Source: an uncultured Chloroflexia bacterium
GTDB lineage: Bacteria; Chloroflexota; Limnocylindria; QHBO01
Direction of reading: 5' to 3'
Length of the DNA: 64,000 nucleotides
Assembly: GCA_963773695.1 (NCBI GenBank)
Contig: CAVZCE010000001.1
Location: 36,471-100,470 of the forward strand
A program made the translations under genes and the position numbers. The notes under the pieces were generated by a model that made no database searches, had not been told where the DNA came from, and was given only the letters and a program-made list of their open reading frames with translations. This document shows positions 47,320 through 56,750 of this stretch, one piece after another (the first letter of the stretch is position 1; every line of letters starts with the position of its first letter).

Positions 47320-48762
47320 ATGACGAGCACGGATCCGCACGAGACGCCGCGACCGGCGTCGCCCGACCAGCCCTCCCCGGCAGACCAGCAGGCGATGCCG
47401 CCGTCGCCTCCTGCCGTCGCGAGCCCCGGGCAGGGTCCGTCCCTGGCCGGATGGATCGTTGCGCTGGCCCTCGCCGCCGTGGTGGGGACCCTTCTCTTCG
47501 TGGGCGGCTACCTCGCCGCGGGCGGGAATGCCACGACGAGCTGCGATGCGCCGACGCCGGCGTTCGCCGCGTTCTGCGACGCGTACAAGCAGCTGAAGAC
47601 CCAGTACGTCGATCCGCTCGACGACTCGAAGCTCGCCGCCGGCGCGATCCAGGGCATGTTCCAGTTCGGCGTGAAGGACCCGTTCAGCGGCTACATGCCC
47701 CCGCAGCAGTACCAGCAGGCGCTCGGCGACCTCTCCGGCAAGTTCAGCGGCATCGGGGCGGAGATGTCCGTCAAGAACATCAGGAACCCCACCGACCTTG
47801 CCGCCTGCAACACGCTCTCCGACATCTGCGTGCTCGTCGTGGTCAGCCCCATCTCCGGCTCCCCCGCGGAGAAGGCGGGGCTGGAGCCCGGCGACATCGT
47901 GACCGCGGTCGACGGGGCGAGCGTCAACGGCTCCACGATCAACGACCAGATCTCCAAGGTGCGCGGGAAGACCGGCACCAGGGTGACCCTCACCATCCGT
48001 CGCGACACGAAGACCTTCGACGTGACGCTCACCAGGCAGGAGATCACCCAGAAGGAGGTCGTGACCAGGCTGATCGACGGTCACATCGGCTACATCGCCC
48101 TCCACGGCTTCAGCAGCTCCTCGCCCGACCAGTTCCATGCGGCGCTGGCTGACCTCCTCAAGCAGGGCGCCGAGCAGATCGTCTTCGACCTGCGGGACAA
48201 TCCGGGCGGGTACATCGAGGCCGCCCAGAAGATCGCCAGCGAGTTCGTCAGCTCGGGGACGATCTTCACCCAGGAGTCCGCGGGCGGCGTGGTGAAGACC
48301 TGGAGCGCCGTGAGCGGCGGCCTGGCGACGAACCCGAAGGTGCCGCTCGTCGTGCTCGTCAACAACGGAAGCGCCTCCGCCTCCGAGATCGTCACCGCCG
48401 CCCTCAAGGAGCTCGGGCGCGCCACGGTCGTCGGCATGCACACCTACGGCAAGAACACGGTGCAGGTCTGGGCTCCGCTCGAGGATGGCGGCGGCGTCCG
48501 GATCACGATCAGCCGCTGGTTCCCGCCGAACCACGACAGCGTCCACCCCGACGGCATCCAGCCCAACATCGCGGTGACCATTCCCGCAGGGACCCCACCG
48601 GAGAAGGACCTCGTCCTCGATCGCGCCATCGCCTACCTCGGGACGCTCGCGCCGGGTCCCGCCGGCACGCCCGCCGCCAGTCCCAGCGCTCAGCCGGCCG
48701 CGCTGGCACCAGCCGCCTACCTCGGATGGGACGCCGGAGGGCTGCGCCACGGCGCGGCGTGA
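47320..48762 (+). CDS. S41 carboxy-terminal processing protease (TM + PDZ)
   Basis: GIGA PDZ loop, DLRDNPGG, SASASE, GK.TVQ. Confidence 0.92.
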   Translation: MTSTDPHETPRPASPDQPSPADQQAMPPSPPAVASPGQGPSLAGWIVALALAAVVGTLLFVGGYLAAGGNATTSCDAPTPAFAAFCDAYKQLKTQYVDPLDDSKLAAGAIQGMFQFGVKDPFSGYMPPQQYQQALGDLSGKFSGIGAEMSVKNIRNPTDLAACNTLSDICVLVVVSPISGSPAEKAGLEPGDIVTAVDGASVNGSTINDQISKVRGKTGTRVTLTIRRDTKTFDVTLTRQEITQKEVVTRLIDGHIGYIALHGFSSSSPDQFHAALADLLKQGAEQIVFDLRDNPGGYIEAAQKIASEFVSSGTIFTQESAGGVVKTWSAVSGGLATNPKVPLVVLVNNGSASASEIVTAALKELGRATVVGMHTYGKNTVQVWAPLEDGGGVRITISRWFPPNHDSVHPDGIQPNIAVTIPAGTPPEKDLVLDRAIAYLGTLAPGPAGTPAASPSAQPAALAPAAYLGWDAGGLRHGAA

Positions 48763-48825
48763 AGGGCGTTGCCGAGCCGCCATGGGCCTGCTAGCATCAT
48801 GCGCAACGAAAGGAGGTGGTGTGCA

Positions 48826-48867
48826 GTGAGTAGTTCCTGTCACGCCACCACCGAGGCGGTGCGATAG
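48826..48867 (+). other. Putative 13-aa uORF (MSSSCHATTEAVR) behind a very strong SD
   Basis: TGcTAGCAT -10 at 48789-48797; GAAAGGAGGTG at 48808-48818; GTG at 48826; TAG at 48865. Confidence 0.45.
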
Positions 48868-48894
48868 CGACACCCTTCGCGTGGTAGCGAGGTG

Positions 48895-48921
48895 AGAGCC
48901 GGCTGATGCGGCCGGCTCTTT
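48895..48921 (+). terminator. Hairpin AGAGCCGGC-TGATGCG-GCCGGCTCT with a short U tract
   Basis: 9-bp perfect stem upstream of smpB. Confidence 0.5.
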
Positions 48922-48954
48922 CCGTGTCTATCGCACCCTCCCAGGGCCGGACCG

Positions 48955-49419
48955 ATGCCAGACCAGACCGTCGCCGTCAACCGAAGAGCCCGCCACGAGT
49001 ACGCCATCAGCGAGACGCTGGAGGCGGGCCTGGTGCTGACCGGGACGGAGATCAAGTCCATCCGGGCCGGTCGCGTCAACCTGGGCGATGCCTATGCGCG
49101 GATCGAGCGCGGCGAGGCATGGCTGATCGGTGCGCACATCGCTCCGTACGAGCAGGGCAACCGCTTCAACCACGAGCCGCTGCGAACGCGCAAGCTGCTC
49201 CTCCATCGAGATCAGATCGCCGAGCTGGTGGGCCTGACCCAGGCCAGGGGCCTGACCGTGGTGCCGCTCAAGCTCTACATCCGCGGCGGGCTGGCGAAGG
49301 TGGAGCTGGGGGTCGCGCGGGGGAAGAACCTGCACGACAAGCGCCGCACGATCGCCGAGCGCGACCAGCGCCGCGAGCTCCAGCGCGAGATGAAGACCGC
49401 GGGGCGCATCAAGCTCTAG
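48955..49419 (+). CDS. smpB: SsrA-binding protein
   Basis: NRRARHEY, EAGLVL.GTEIKS, RKLLLH, HDKR. Confidence 0.97.
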   Translation: MPDQTVAVNRRARHEYAISETLEAGLVLTGTEIKSIRAGRVNLGDAYARIERGEAWLIGAHIAPYEQGNRFNHEPLRTRKLLLHRDQIAELVGLTQARGLTVVPLKLYIRGGLAKVELGVARGKNLHDKRRTIAERDQRRELQREMKTAGRIKL

Positions 49420-49523
49420 GCAGCCGGCTGCCGGCGGGCGGTCGGCTGCGCCCGCGGTCGGCTGCGCCCGCGGTCGGCTGCTTCCGCCGTGTGGGCTCCG
49501 GCTGCGCCCGCTGCACGGGCTTC

Positions 49524-49727
49524 GACTCGTCAGGCGCGGATGTGATCAGCGGTGTTGGCCCGGACCGCTTCCCGACTCGTCAGGCGCGGATGTGATCAGC
49601 GCTAAGCGGCTGCGCGGGGCGCCGGGAGGGGCCGGGAGCCAGGCTTCACGCTCGGATGGCCGTCGCCATCGGTCCCGGCCGGTGCAGGGACTCGCTTAAC
49701 GCTGCGGTGATCCGCAGGTGACGAGTC
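49524..49727 (-). repeat. Dispersed element copy 4 (core 49574-49727, extra arm from 49524)
   Basis: GACTCGTCAGGCGCGGATGTGATCAGCG occurs twice, 50 bp apart; CACGCTCGG ends at 49655 (offset 72); arm A ends GGTGACGAGTC. Confidence 0.9.
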
Positions 49728-49805
49728 AAGTGGGGGCGGACCGGCATTCAGAACAGGTGTTCACATGGGAGCACCCATCTGCTAGAATGGGCGCGTTCGG
49801 TTCGT

Positions 49806-50164
49806 GGGGATGTCAGGTTTCGACAGGGCTCAGGGACCGGAGATCGCAGGTCGAGGTCGCCCGCAGGCCTCGTAAAAAGCGGGCAAACAAGTAACTGGCA
49901 AGCCCAGCTACGCCCTCGCTGCTTAGACAGTGAGCGTCGACGTCGTCCCCCCTCCCCGGACGGCCGAGGCGTCATCAGGGGAGGTGCGGCGTCGCCGACT
50001 CCGGTGAGCGGCGTCAAAGGGCCGAAAGGCTCCCGGATAGCAAGCGGAGCACCCCGCCGGTCGGGGGCCCGCATCGCGAAACGCAAGTAGGCCGGAAATA
50101 CCTGTAGGAAGTCTCCGGCGACTCGGTTCTGGACGGGGAGTTCGATTCTCCCCCATCTCCACCA
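49806..50164 (+). ncRNA. ssrA: tmRNA; tag (A)GKPSYALAA* at 49897-49926
   Basis: 5' GGGGATG...TTCGAC; T-arm GGGAGTTCGATTCTCCC; 3' CATCTCCACCA; TAGAAT -10 at 49783; next to smpB. Confidence 0.95.
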
Positions 50165-50249
50165 TCCCTCCTCCTAGTGGCTGCGCGCCAGTAGTGGTGA
50201 AACACAGATAGGAATGGCCGAACACGACCCGAGGGTGCCGGTGTTGCCC

Positions 50250-50735
50250 TCAGCTGTACCCGGTCACCTCGCCGTTGGCGTTGAGGAGGCACTGTTGCCA
50301 CACGCCGCCGTAGCGTCCGTCGCTGTCGGGGACGAACCCCTCGGCCTTCGGCAGGCGCAGCCCGTTGTCGAACCACAGGTAGTCGCCGTCGTCGATGGCG
50401 AACTCGTTCCAGAACCACGCGCCGTCGCCGATCGGACTGAACGATGCGTACCACTGCGCATCCTCCAGGCTCGAGAGGACCACCAGCTCGCCCTCGACGA
50501 TCCCGGGCGCACTGAGCGCCCAGGCACCCGGACGCAGGGTCACGGTGCGCCCGTCGGTGAAGTGGATGGTGCGCGGCTCCACGCTGGCGGCGACGCCGGC
50601 CACCGTGGGGGTCATGCGCGCGATGTGCGGCGAGGGCACCGTCCAGCGTCCCAGTGGCTCGGTGCAGCCAGCGAGCATCGCGATGACGAGCGCCGCGAGC
50701 ACGAGGGGTCGCCTGGATCGTCTACTGGTACTCAC
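50250..50735 (-). CDS. Putative lipoprotein
   Basis: MSTSRRSRRPLVLAALVIAMLAG-C lipobox; G-rich RBS. Confidence 0.65.
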   Translation of the reverse strand: MSTSRRSRRPLVLAALVIAMLAGCTEPLGRWTVPSPHIARMTPTVAGVAASVEPRTIHFTDGRTVTLRPGAWALSAPGIVEGELVVLSSLEDAQWYASFSPIGDGAWFWNEFAIDDGDYLWFDNGLRLPKAEGFVPDSDGRYGGVWQQCLLNANGEVTGYS

Positions 50736-51489
50736 CGTCGTGCACCCCCTCCCCAAGACCGGCTGCACTCCATCCCCCAACCTCTGCTCCACTAGGGATG
50801 GAGGCCGTGGCGACACACCGGTTGAGGAGTCATTCAACCAGAAGAATGCGTACTTGCGCCATAGGCGAAACGTCATCGGCCCTCCCAGCGACTGGCGCGG
50901 GTCCAGCTAACGCTGGTTGCGCTCGACGCCAAACTTGGCGTCGATCAGGGCGGAACCTAGTCGTTTGCCGCTCATCTCGTGACCCGGAGCAGCCAGCGCT
51001 GCAGCGGCCAGCGCTTGGAGGCCTCTACGGTACGGGGCGAGCAGAACTTCAACGGCTGCATACAGGTCGGCTCTCATCCGCTCCGATCCCCGGTCGGAGG
51101 AATCGCCCTGCTCGAGGACCCCAGGGTCACGAGCAGGACGACTGCCGGGGATGCCCTCGGGGCTTGACATGCAAGGAACCACACAGAGACTTAGGGTCCC
51201 GAACAGGGCAGGACCACGTGGTCGGGCCCCGGCCCCATCCAGGCCGGTGGCCGAAACAACGTCGACAGCAGGTGGAATGGGTCGGCGTGGAGTGAGTGCT
51301 TGCGTAAGCGGCCGACTCGACTGTCCGTGTGGACATGAACGCAGAGACCTGCCGAGTTCGTGCGCGGACGAGGTTCAGTCGAGCCGGCGGTCAGAGTGAA
51401 GTGTGTTCAACCAGTGAACATCGCGCGGGTGCACGCGGTCTCCCCGTGATGCGGCTCGCGCGGCACGGTCGGTGCCGGAACCGGAAGGC

Positions 51490-52440
51490 ATGACTCAGCA
51501 AGCGACGAACCGCGTGGCAATCGTGGGCGCCGGCAACGTCGGCGCCAGCCTGGGGTACGCCCTGGTCCTCTCCGGCCTCGTCAACGAGATCGTGCTGATC
51601 GACGCCAATGCCCGCCGAGCGGAGGGAGAGGCGATGGACCTGGCGCACGCGGTCCCCTTCTCGCGCCCGACCCGTGTCTGGGCCGGCGACTACGCCGACT
51701 GCGCGGGCGCGGCGGTGACGGTGATCGCCGCCGGCGCCGGCCAACGCCCCGGCGAGAGCCGCCTGGATCTGGCCCGACGCAACGCCGCCATCATGCGCGA
51801 CATCGTCCCACGCATCGCCGAGTGCCGGCCGGACGGGATCCTCCTGGTTGCCACGAACCCCGTCGACGTGCTGACCCACGTCGTCCTCGAGCGCTCCGGC
51901 CTGGCGCCGAAGCGCGTCATCGGCTCCGGGACCATCCTGGATACCGGGCGCTTCCGCGCGCTCCTCGGCGCCCACTTCGGGGTGGATCCACGGAGCGTCC
52001 ACGCGTTCGTGATCGGGGAGCACGGCGACAGCGAGGTACCGGTCTGGTCGCTCGCGACGATCGCCGGCCAGAACCTCTCCGACCTGGCAGCCGCCACCGG
52101 GCGCCCCGCGGACCGGGCGGCCTTCGATGCCATCTTCGCCGAGACGCGAGATGCGGCGTACCGGATCATCGAGGCCAAGGGGGCCACCTACTACGCCGTC
52201 GCCGCCGCGCTCCTTCGCATCATCGAGGCCATCGTCCGCGACCAGCGAACGGTGCTCTCGGTCTCCAGCCTCGTCGACGGGGCATATGGGATCCGCGATG
52301 TCTGCCTCAGCCTGCCCAGCGTGACCGGGCGCGGAGGGATCGAGCAGGTGCTGCCGCTCTCGCTCAGCCCGGAGGAGGAGTCGGCGCTGCGGCGGTCGGC
52401 CGATGTCGTGCGCTCCGCTCTCGAGGAGGTCCGCGCCTAG
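51490..52440 (+). CDS. ldh: L-lactate dehydrogenase
   Basis: GAGNVG, QRPGESRLDL (Gln at the specificity position), GTILDT.RFR, GEHGDS. Confidence 0.93.
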   Translation: MTQQATNRVAIVGAGNVGASLGYALVLSGLVNEIVLIDANARRAEGEAMDLAHAVPFSRPTRVWAGDYADCAGAAVTVIAAGAGQRPGESRLDLARRNAAIMRDIVPRIAECRPDGILLVATNPVDVLTHVVLERSGLAPKRVIGSGTILDTGRFRALLGAHFGVDPRSVHAFVIGEHGDSEVPVWSLATIAGQNLSDLAAATGRPADRAAFDAIFAETRDAAYRIIEAKGATYYAVAAALLRIIEAIVRDQRTVLSVSSLVDGAYGIRDVCLSLPSVTGRGGIEQVLPLSLSPEEESALRRSADVVRSALEEVRA

Positions 52441-53813
52441 GAGGCGGGTTCCGGCTCGCCGATCTCGACACCGTGCGGCCCGATGGTGAAGGGCCGCAGG
52501 CGCGGGTCGTGCCAGCTCGCGCGAGACTTCGCAATGAGCAATGTCCGCTGCATGGACTGCGCGCCCGGGACGTGCTGCAGGATGATCACGTTGTCGGACA
52601 GATGGGAGATGGGCTCGCGGGCAAGGGCCTGCCCGGGAAGGGCAGGTGTCTCGAGCGTCATCAGGAGGTGGCGGTTCGTGCGCGTGATCCTCTGCGCGAG
52701 CGAGTAGACGTACTCCAGGAAGCGGACCGGGTCCGCGGTCGCCAGCTCGAGGTCCGAGAGGCTGTCGATCAGGACCCTGCGCGCGCCCAGGCGGTCCGCG
52801 GTCTCCAGGATCTCGTAGATCCACTCGTCGACGTACAGGTCGACCGGCGAGCTGTAGTTGATCGTGATTCCGTCCGCCGCCCAGCCGTAGTGACGCAGCA
52901 TCCGCTCGAGCTGGGTGCGGCTCTCCTGGATCGTGGCGACCAGCACTGGCTCTCCGGCATCGGCCCCTGCCAGCAGGGTCTGGAGTCCCAGGGTCGTCTT
53001 GCCTGCCCCGGACGGGCCGGCGAGCAGGGTGGAACCGGACACGCGGAGACCGCCGCCCAGCATCTCGTCGAGCGCGCCGATGCCGGTGGAGATCCGAGCG
53101 TCCGATGGCGGCGCATCCCCGTCGCGGCCGTCGGCGTCGGCGAGGCGCGGGAACACGGCCAGGCCGCCCTCCGACAGGCGGTAGGCGTGCGCACCGGAGA
53201 GGAAACCGCTGCCGCGGAGCTTGAGCACGCGCAGCGAACGATGCGTGCGCACCCCGCTCGGCACCACGGCGAGGGCGATGATCCCGTCCGCCACCGCGAA
53301 CTCCGGGGATGTCGCGAGCTCGTCCACGGCGTACTCGCCGATCCACAGCGTCGTGATCTGGCGCGACGCCAGCCGGTCCGCCAGCTCCGCGACGAACCCC
53401 CGGAACTGGCGCGCGTCGTCGGCGAAGGCCGCGAGCGCCTTGAAGCTGTCGATCACCAGCAGGGAGTGGTCGCGTCGGTCGAGGAGCTCCGCCAGGCGCT
53501 CCATGGCGCCGGCCAGGCCCTTCTCCGCGAGCGACACCCCCAGGTCCTCGTAGAAGACGCTCCGCCCCACTGCAGATGACTCGAAGAAGGAGAGGGTCTG
53601 TCCGTAGCGGACGATCTTGTCCAGTGGCTCCGACGCGGTGCTGCAGTAGAGGGCCGGGCGCTCCGGCGTCGCCGACCGGAAGACATACTGCTGGGCGAGC
53701 AGCGTCTTGCCCGCGCCGGGGAGCCCGGTGATGACGGTGATCGAGTTGGCGGGCAGGCCGCCGCCCAGAACGCTGTCGAGGTACGCGTGGCCGCTCGGCA
53801 GCCGCTCAAGCAT
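52437..53813 (-). CDS. KaiC-like double-domain RecA-superfamily ATPase
   Basis: Two Walker A motifs (GLPGAGKT, GPSGAGKT), two IDS, K.R fingers (KLRG, KSRA), SDNVI. Confidence 0.9.
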   Translation of the reverse strand: MLERLPSGHAYLDSVLGGGLPANSITVITGLPGAGKTLLAQQYVFRSATPERPALYCSTASEPLDKIVRYGQTLSFFESSAVGRSVFYEDLGVSLAEKGLAGAMERLAELLDRRDHSLLVIDSFKALAAFADDARQFRGFVAELADRLASRQITTLWIGEYAVDELATSPEFAVADGIIALAVVPSGVRTHRSLRVLKLRGSGFLSGAHAYRLSEGGLAVFPRLADADGRDGDAPPSDARISTGIGALDEMLGGGLRVSGSTLLAGPSGAGKTTLGLQTLLAGADAGEPVLVATIQESRTQLERMLRHYGWAADGITINYSSPVDLYVDEWIYEILETADRLGARRVLIDSLSDLELATADPVRFLEYVYSLAQRITRTNRHLLMTLETPALPGQALAREPISHLSDNVIILQHVPGAQSMQRTLLIAKSRASWHDPRLRPFTIGPHGVEIGEPEPAS

Positions 53814-54477
53814 TGGCAGCGGGGGCCCTGCGCTTCACGAGGGCGCTCCTCCCCAGCAGGTCCTTGACGGTCGAGAGGAGCTGCAGGGCGTTGAACGGCT
53901 TGAGGAGGAACGCGTCCACGCCCGCCTCGAGGGTCTCGTCGCGGAGGTCAAGGGTCGAGGCGGCGATCACGGGTACGTCCAGGCGTTCCTTCAGCTCCCG
54001 GCACAGGGTCGTCCCTTCACCCCCGGAGATGAGCAGCTCCACGACGGCGACCTGCGGTCTCACCTCGATGGCTCGCTCACGAGCGGCCTCCGCCTCCAGG
54101 GCGACCTCCACCGCGTATCCCTCCGTCGTGAGGAGGTGGCGCGTGAAGTCGGCCGCGAAGCGATCGCGCTCGGCAAGGAGGATGAGCACGCCTGGCCCGT
54201 CCCCCGGCGGGGCGGGCGCCACGGCCCCAGGATCCTGCGCGAGCGCTTCGGTCAGCAGGCGGTGGGCGTCCGCGGGGCTCGCTCCGGAGTCGATCCGCTC
54301 CTTGACGTAGTGCAGATGCTCCACCTGGAGGCGTGAGTACAGCCGTTGACCGCCCGCGCTCCGTTCGGGAGCGACCACCCCGTATCGGTCCTCCCAGGTT
54401 CGCAGGGTTCTGGTGGAGATGCCCAGCATGCGCGAGACCGCGCCGATGCTGTACACACCTCGGTCCTCTTCGGTCAT
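53806..54477 (-). CDS. MerR-type (CarH/MlrA-like) HTH fused to an atypical receiver domain
   Basis: YSIGAVS..LGI...TLR.WE.RYG...P.RS.GG.RLYS; REC ...AVVELL...KPF. Confidence 0.85.
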   Translation of the reverse strand: MTEEDRGVYSIGAVSRMLGISTRTLRTWEDRYGVVAPERSAGGQRLYSRLQVEHLHYVKERIDSGASPADAHRLLTEALAQDPGAVAPAPPGDGPGVLILLAERDRFAADFTRHLLTTEGYAVEVALEAEAARERAIEVRPQVAVVELLISGGEGTTLCRELKERLDVPVIAASTLDLRDETLEAGVDAFLLKPFNALQLLSTVKDLLGRSALVKRRAPAANA

Positions 54478-54532
54478 CGGGGAAAGGCTAGCATGCGATG
54501 CCACGAGTGAGGAAGTCCCGGACGTTTCTGCA

Positions 54533-54585
54533 CACATGCTCCTCACATGCTCCTCACATGCTCCTCACATGCTCCTCACATGCTC
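54533..54585. repeat. CACATGCTCCT, 4 full copies plus 1 partial (11-bp period), in the divergent promoter region
   Basis: Units at 54533, 54544, 54555, 54566 and 54577. Confidence 0.95.
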
Positions 54586-54650
54586 TTCCCTTCTGGCCCG
54601 GACCCGGGTAGGATATTCGTCATGGAGTCTCGTCCGCGAAGGGGGACACG

Positions 54651-55076
54651 ATGAGCCGCATCGTAATCGTCGACGACCACGAACCTCTTCTCGAGGTGTT
54701 CGAGGACGCGCTTGCCCTCGACGGGCACGAGGTCCTGGGGCGCACCGGAGGCGGCGTTGCCGAGCTCGCCGCGCTGAAACCGGACCTCATCATCATCGAC
54801 GTGCAGCTCGGGACCGGCGAGCGCGGCGGCCTCGACCTGCTGCGCGAGGCCCGCTGTCACCCCGCCCTCGCCGGCGTGCCGCTGGTGGTGGTCACGGCGG
54901 ATGTCCGCGTCCAGCGCGACCTGCGTCCTGAGCTCAAGTCGCTGAACGCGCGCCTCCTTCTCAAGCCCTTCACCATCGAGGCACTCTCGCAGCGCGTTGC
55001 CGACGCCCTCCTCCCGCCGGCGCCCGAGATGGACCGGCCAGCCGCCGCGGCGGCGCCCGGGTGCGCCGGGGACTAG
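54651..55076 (+). CDS. Single-domain response regulator
   Basis: IVDD, PDLIIID, VTA, KPF. Confidence 0.88.
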   Translation: MSRIVIVDDHEPLLEVFEDALALDGHEVLGRTGGGVAELAALKPDLIIIDVQLGTGERGGLDLLREARCHPALAGVPLVVVTADVRVQRDLRPELKSLNARLLLKPFTIEALSQRVADALLPPAPEMDRPAAAAAPGCAGD

Positions 55077-55086
55077 CTGGAGCCCC

Positions 55087-56511
55087 TCAGCGGACGGGAC
55101 CCACGAAGACCCAGCGCCCGTACCAGGACAGGTACGCCGCGCGCGAACCGGGCAGATCCGGGTCGTCGTACGGGCTGTCGGTGTAGGCATACGGGCGGAA
55201 GCGGTACTTCAGCGAGCCGGACCCGAAGGCCGAGGTCGAGATGGACGTGTTGCGCATCTGGTCGGAGGCGAGCGGGTCCGTCAGGTAGACGGCCAGGACG
55301 CTGAACGTGTCCGATGTCGCCGGGTCGAGGCCGACGACCCGGTAGCCGTTGACGATCTGCGCGTGACCGCCCGCCCAGCCCATGATCCCGACCGGCTTGC
55401 GGAACCGCGCCATGGCCCGCACGATCCCCTTCACCGCGACCTGGTAGGAGGTGGCGGCCGTGATCCGGTAGACCATGGTGTCCACGTTCGTGTGGCTCCC
55501 CCAGCCGAAGTGGTTCAGCCCGTTGCGCCAGCCCGTGGCGTCCACGCCGGCGTGCGAGGTGACCTGGGTCATGTGCGCGCGGTCCCAGCCCAGGGCCGTC
55601 TCCTGCATGGCGTACGAGGTGCTGACGGACCACTGGAAGCCGCTTCCCGGCGCTCCCTTGCGAGCGGTGAAGTTGAGCATCATCAGGGTGGAGGCGGCCA
55701 CGCAGGCGGTGTAGTCGGGATCCTGGTAGCGCACGCCAGCGGCGTCATAGAGGTTCATGGTGAAGCTGCCGGCAGTGACCAGCAGCGCCCCGCTGACGGC
55801 AACCGTCGCGCCCCGCAGCGACAGGCTGTAGCGGTAGCAGGTGTTGAGCGCGTACCCGGTGACCTGGGCGGGGCTCGTCACGTTGAGACGGCTCCACGCG
55901 GTCTTCCACGCGACGTTCCCGCACGCTCCATCGACCGCCGGGGCCCAGAGCTCGGTGAGGATCAGGCGCGATGGCCGGCTCCCGCCCGCGTTCCAGCTGA
56001 CCGCGTGCTCAGCCACGTGCTGCACGCTGGTCCCGCCGGGAGCCGGGTAGGTGAAGGCCGCCGGCTGGCCGGCGACCGGGGCCGCCACGGCTGCCGACGG
56101 AGAGGCGGAGGCGGCGGCCGGCACCGGCGCGGGGGTCGAGGCACCCGCAGCGACCGTCGCGATCCCGGATCCGGCAGGCATCCAGTACCCGGCCCAGATG
56201 CCGGCGCTCACCGCGTAGTAGCGGCGGCCGCCGCGCATCCCCGAGCGAACGGCGGGGGCGGAGCTTGTCCGCGGCAGGGTCGCGGGTCGCCTGGCCGTGA
56301 CGCTGCCGCTGCCGTCGAAGCGGTAGCCCGTGTAGGTTCCCGCGCTGAACCTGAGGACGAGGGCGACCGTCTTCACGTCGCTCATGCCCGCGGTCGCGGT
56401 GGCTGCGGCCGCCGGCAGCGAGGTGGCTCCACTCGCCAGCAGCAGGCCCAGGACCAGCGCCGGAGTGGCGATAACCATCGCCAGCGGGTGGTGCCGTCCC
56501 CGATTCATCAT
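55087..56511 (-). CDS. Secreted protein with a C-terminal papain-like (C39-like) peptidase domain
   Basis: Signal-like N-terminus; YQ....ACVAAS, GGHAQIVNGY, YLTDP. Confidence 0.7.
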   Translation of the reverse strand: MMNRGRHHPLAMVIATPALVLGLLLASGATSLPAAAATATAGMSDVKTVALVLRFSAGTYTGYRFDGSGSVTARRPATLPRTSSAPAVRSGMRGGRRYYAVSAGIWAGYWMPAGSGIATVAAGASTPAPVPAAASASPSAAVAAPVAGQPAAFTYPAPGGTSVQHVAEHAVSWNAGGSRPSRLILTELWAPAVDGACGNVAWKTAWSRLNVTSPAQVTGYALNTCYRYSLSLRGATVAVSGALLVTAGSFTMNLYDAAGVRYQDPDYTACVAASTLMMLNFTARKGAPGSGFQWSVSTSYAMQETALGWDRAHMTQVTSHAGVDATGWRNGLNHFGWGSHTNVDTMVYRITAATSYQVAVKGIVRAMARFRKPVGIMGWAGGHAQIVNGYRVVGLDPATSDTFSVLAVYLTDPLASDQMRNTSISTSAFGSGSLKYRFRPYAYTDSPYDDPDLPGSRAAYLSWYGRWVFVGPVR

Positions 56512-56750
56512 CTGAACCCCCCTTACAGTGACGCCCGACGCCGCCGGGAAGATCCCGTGACGTCCAGCCGGCCCTGCGCCGTATCCCAGTCTGGGTGCGC
56601 GTCCGCAGCCCTCCAATGGCACGTCCGTCCCCGTCGGCGCGGCCCGACCTTCTCAGGCCATTCGTCACATGGCGGGGAGGAGGCGGGGGGTTCGGTCCGG
56701 ACGGGTGGGCTCCGGGGGTTTCGCGTGGCGCGGGATCCGCCCCTGCCTAT

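Noticed and set aside
50100..50164. tRNA gene
   Set aside because: This is the tRNA-like 3' domain of tmRNA
50907..51182. 91-aa ORF
   Set aside because: No recognisable motif and atypical composition; cannot support it as a gene
51395..51421. Rex operator or second parS upstream of ldh (TGTTCA-n5-TGAACA)
   Set aside because: Spacing and sequence fit neither consensus
52437..53813. Bona fide circadian KaiC
   Set aside because: No kaiA or kaiB nearby, and it has SD rather than the ST phosphosite pair; KaiC-like only
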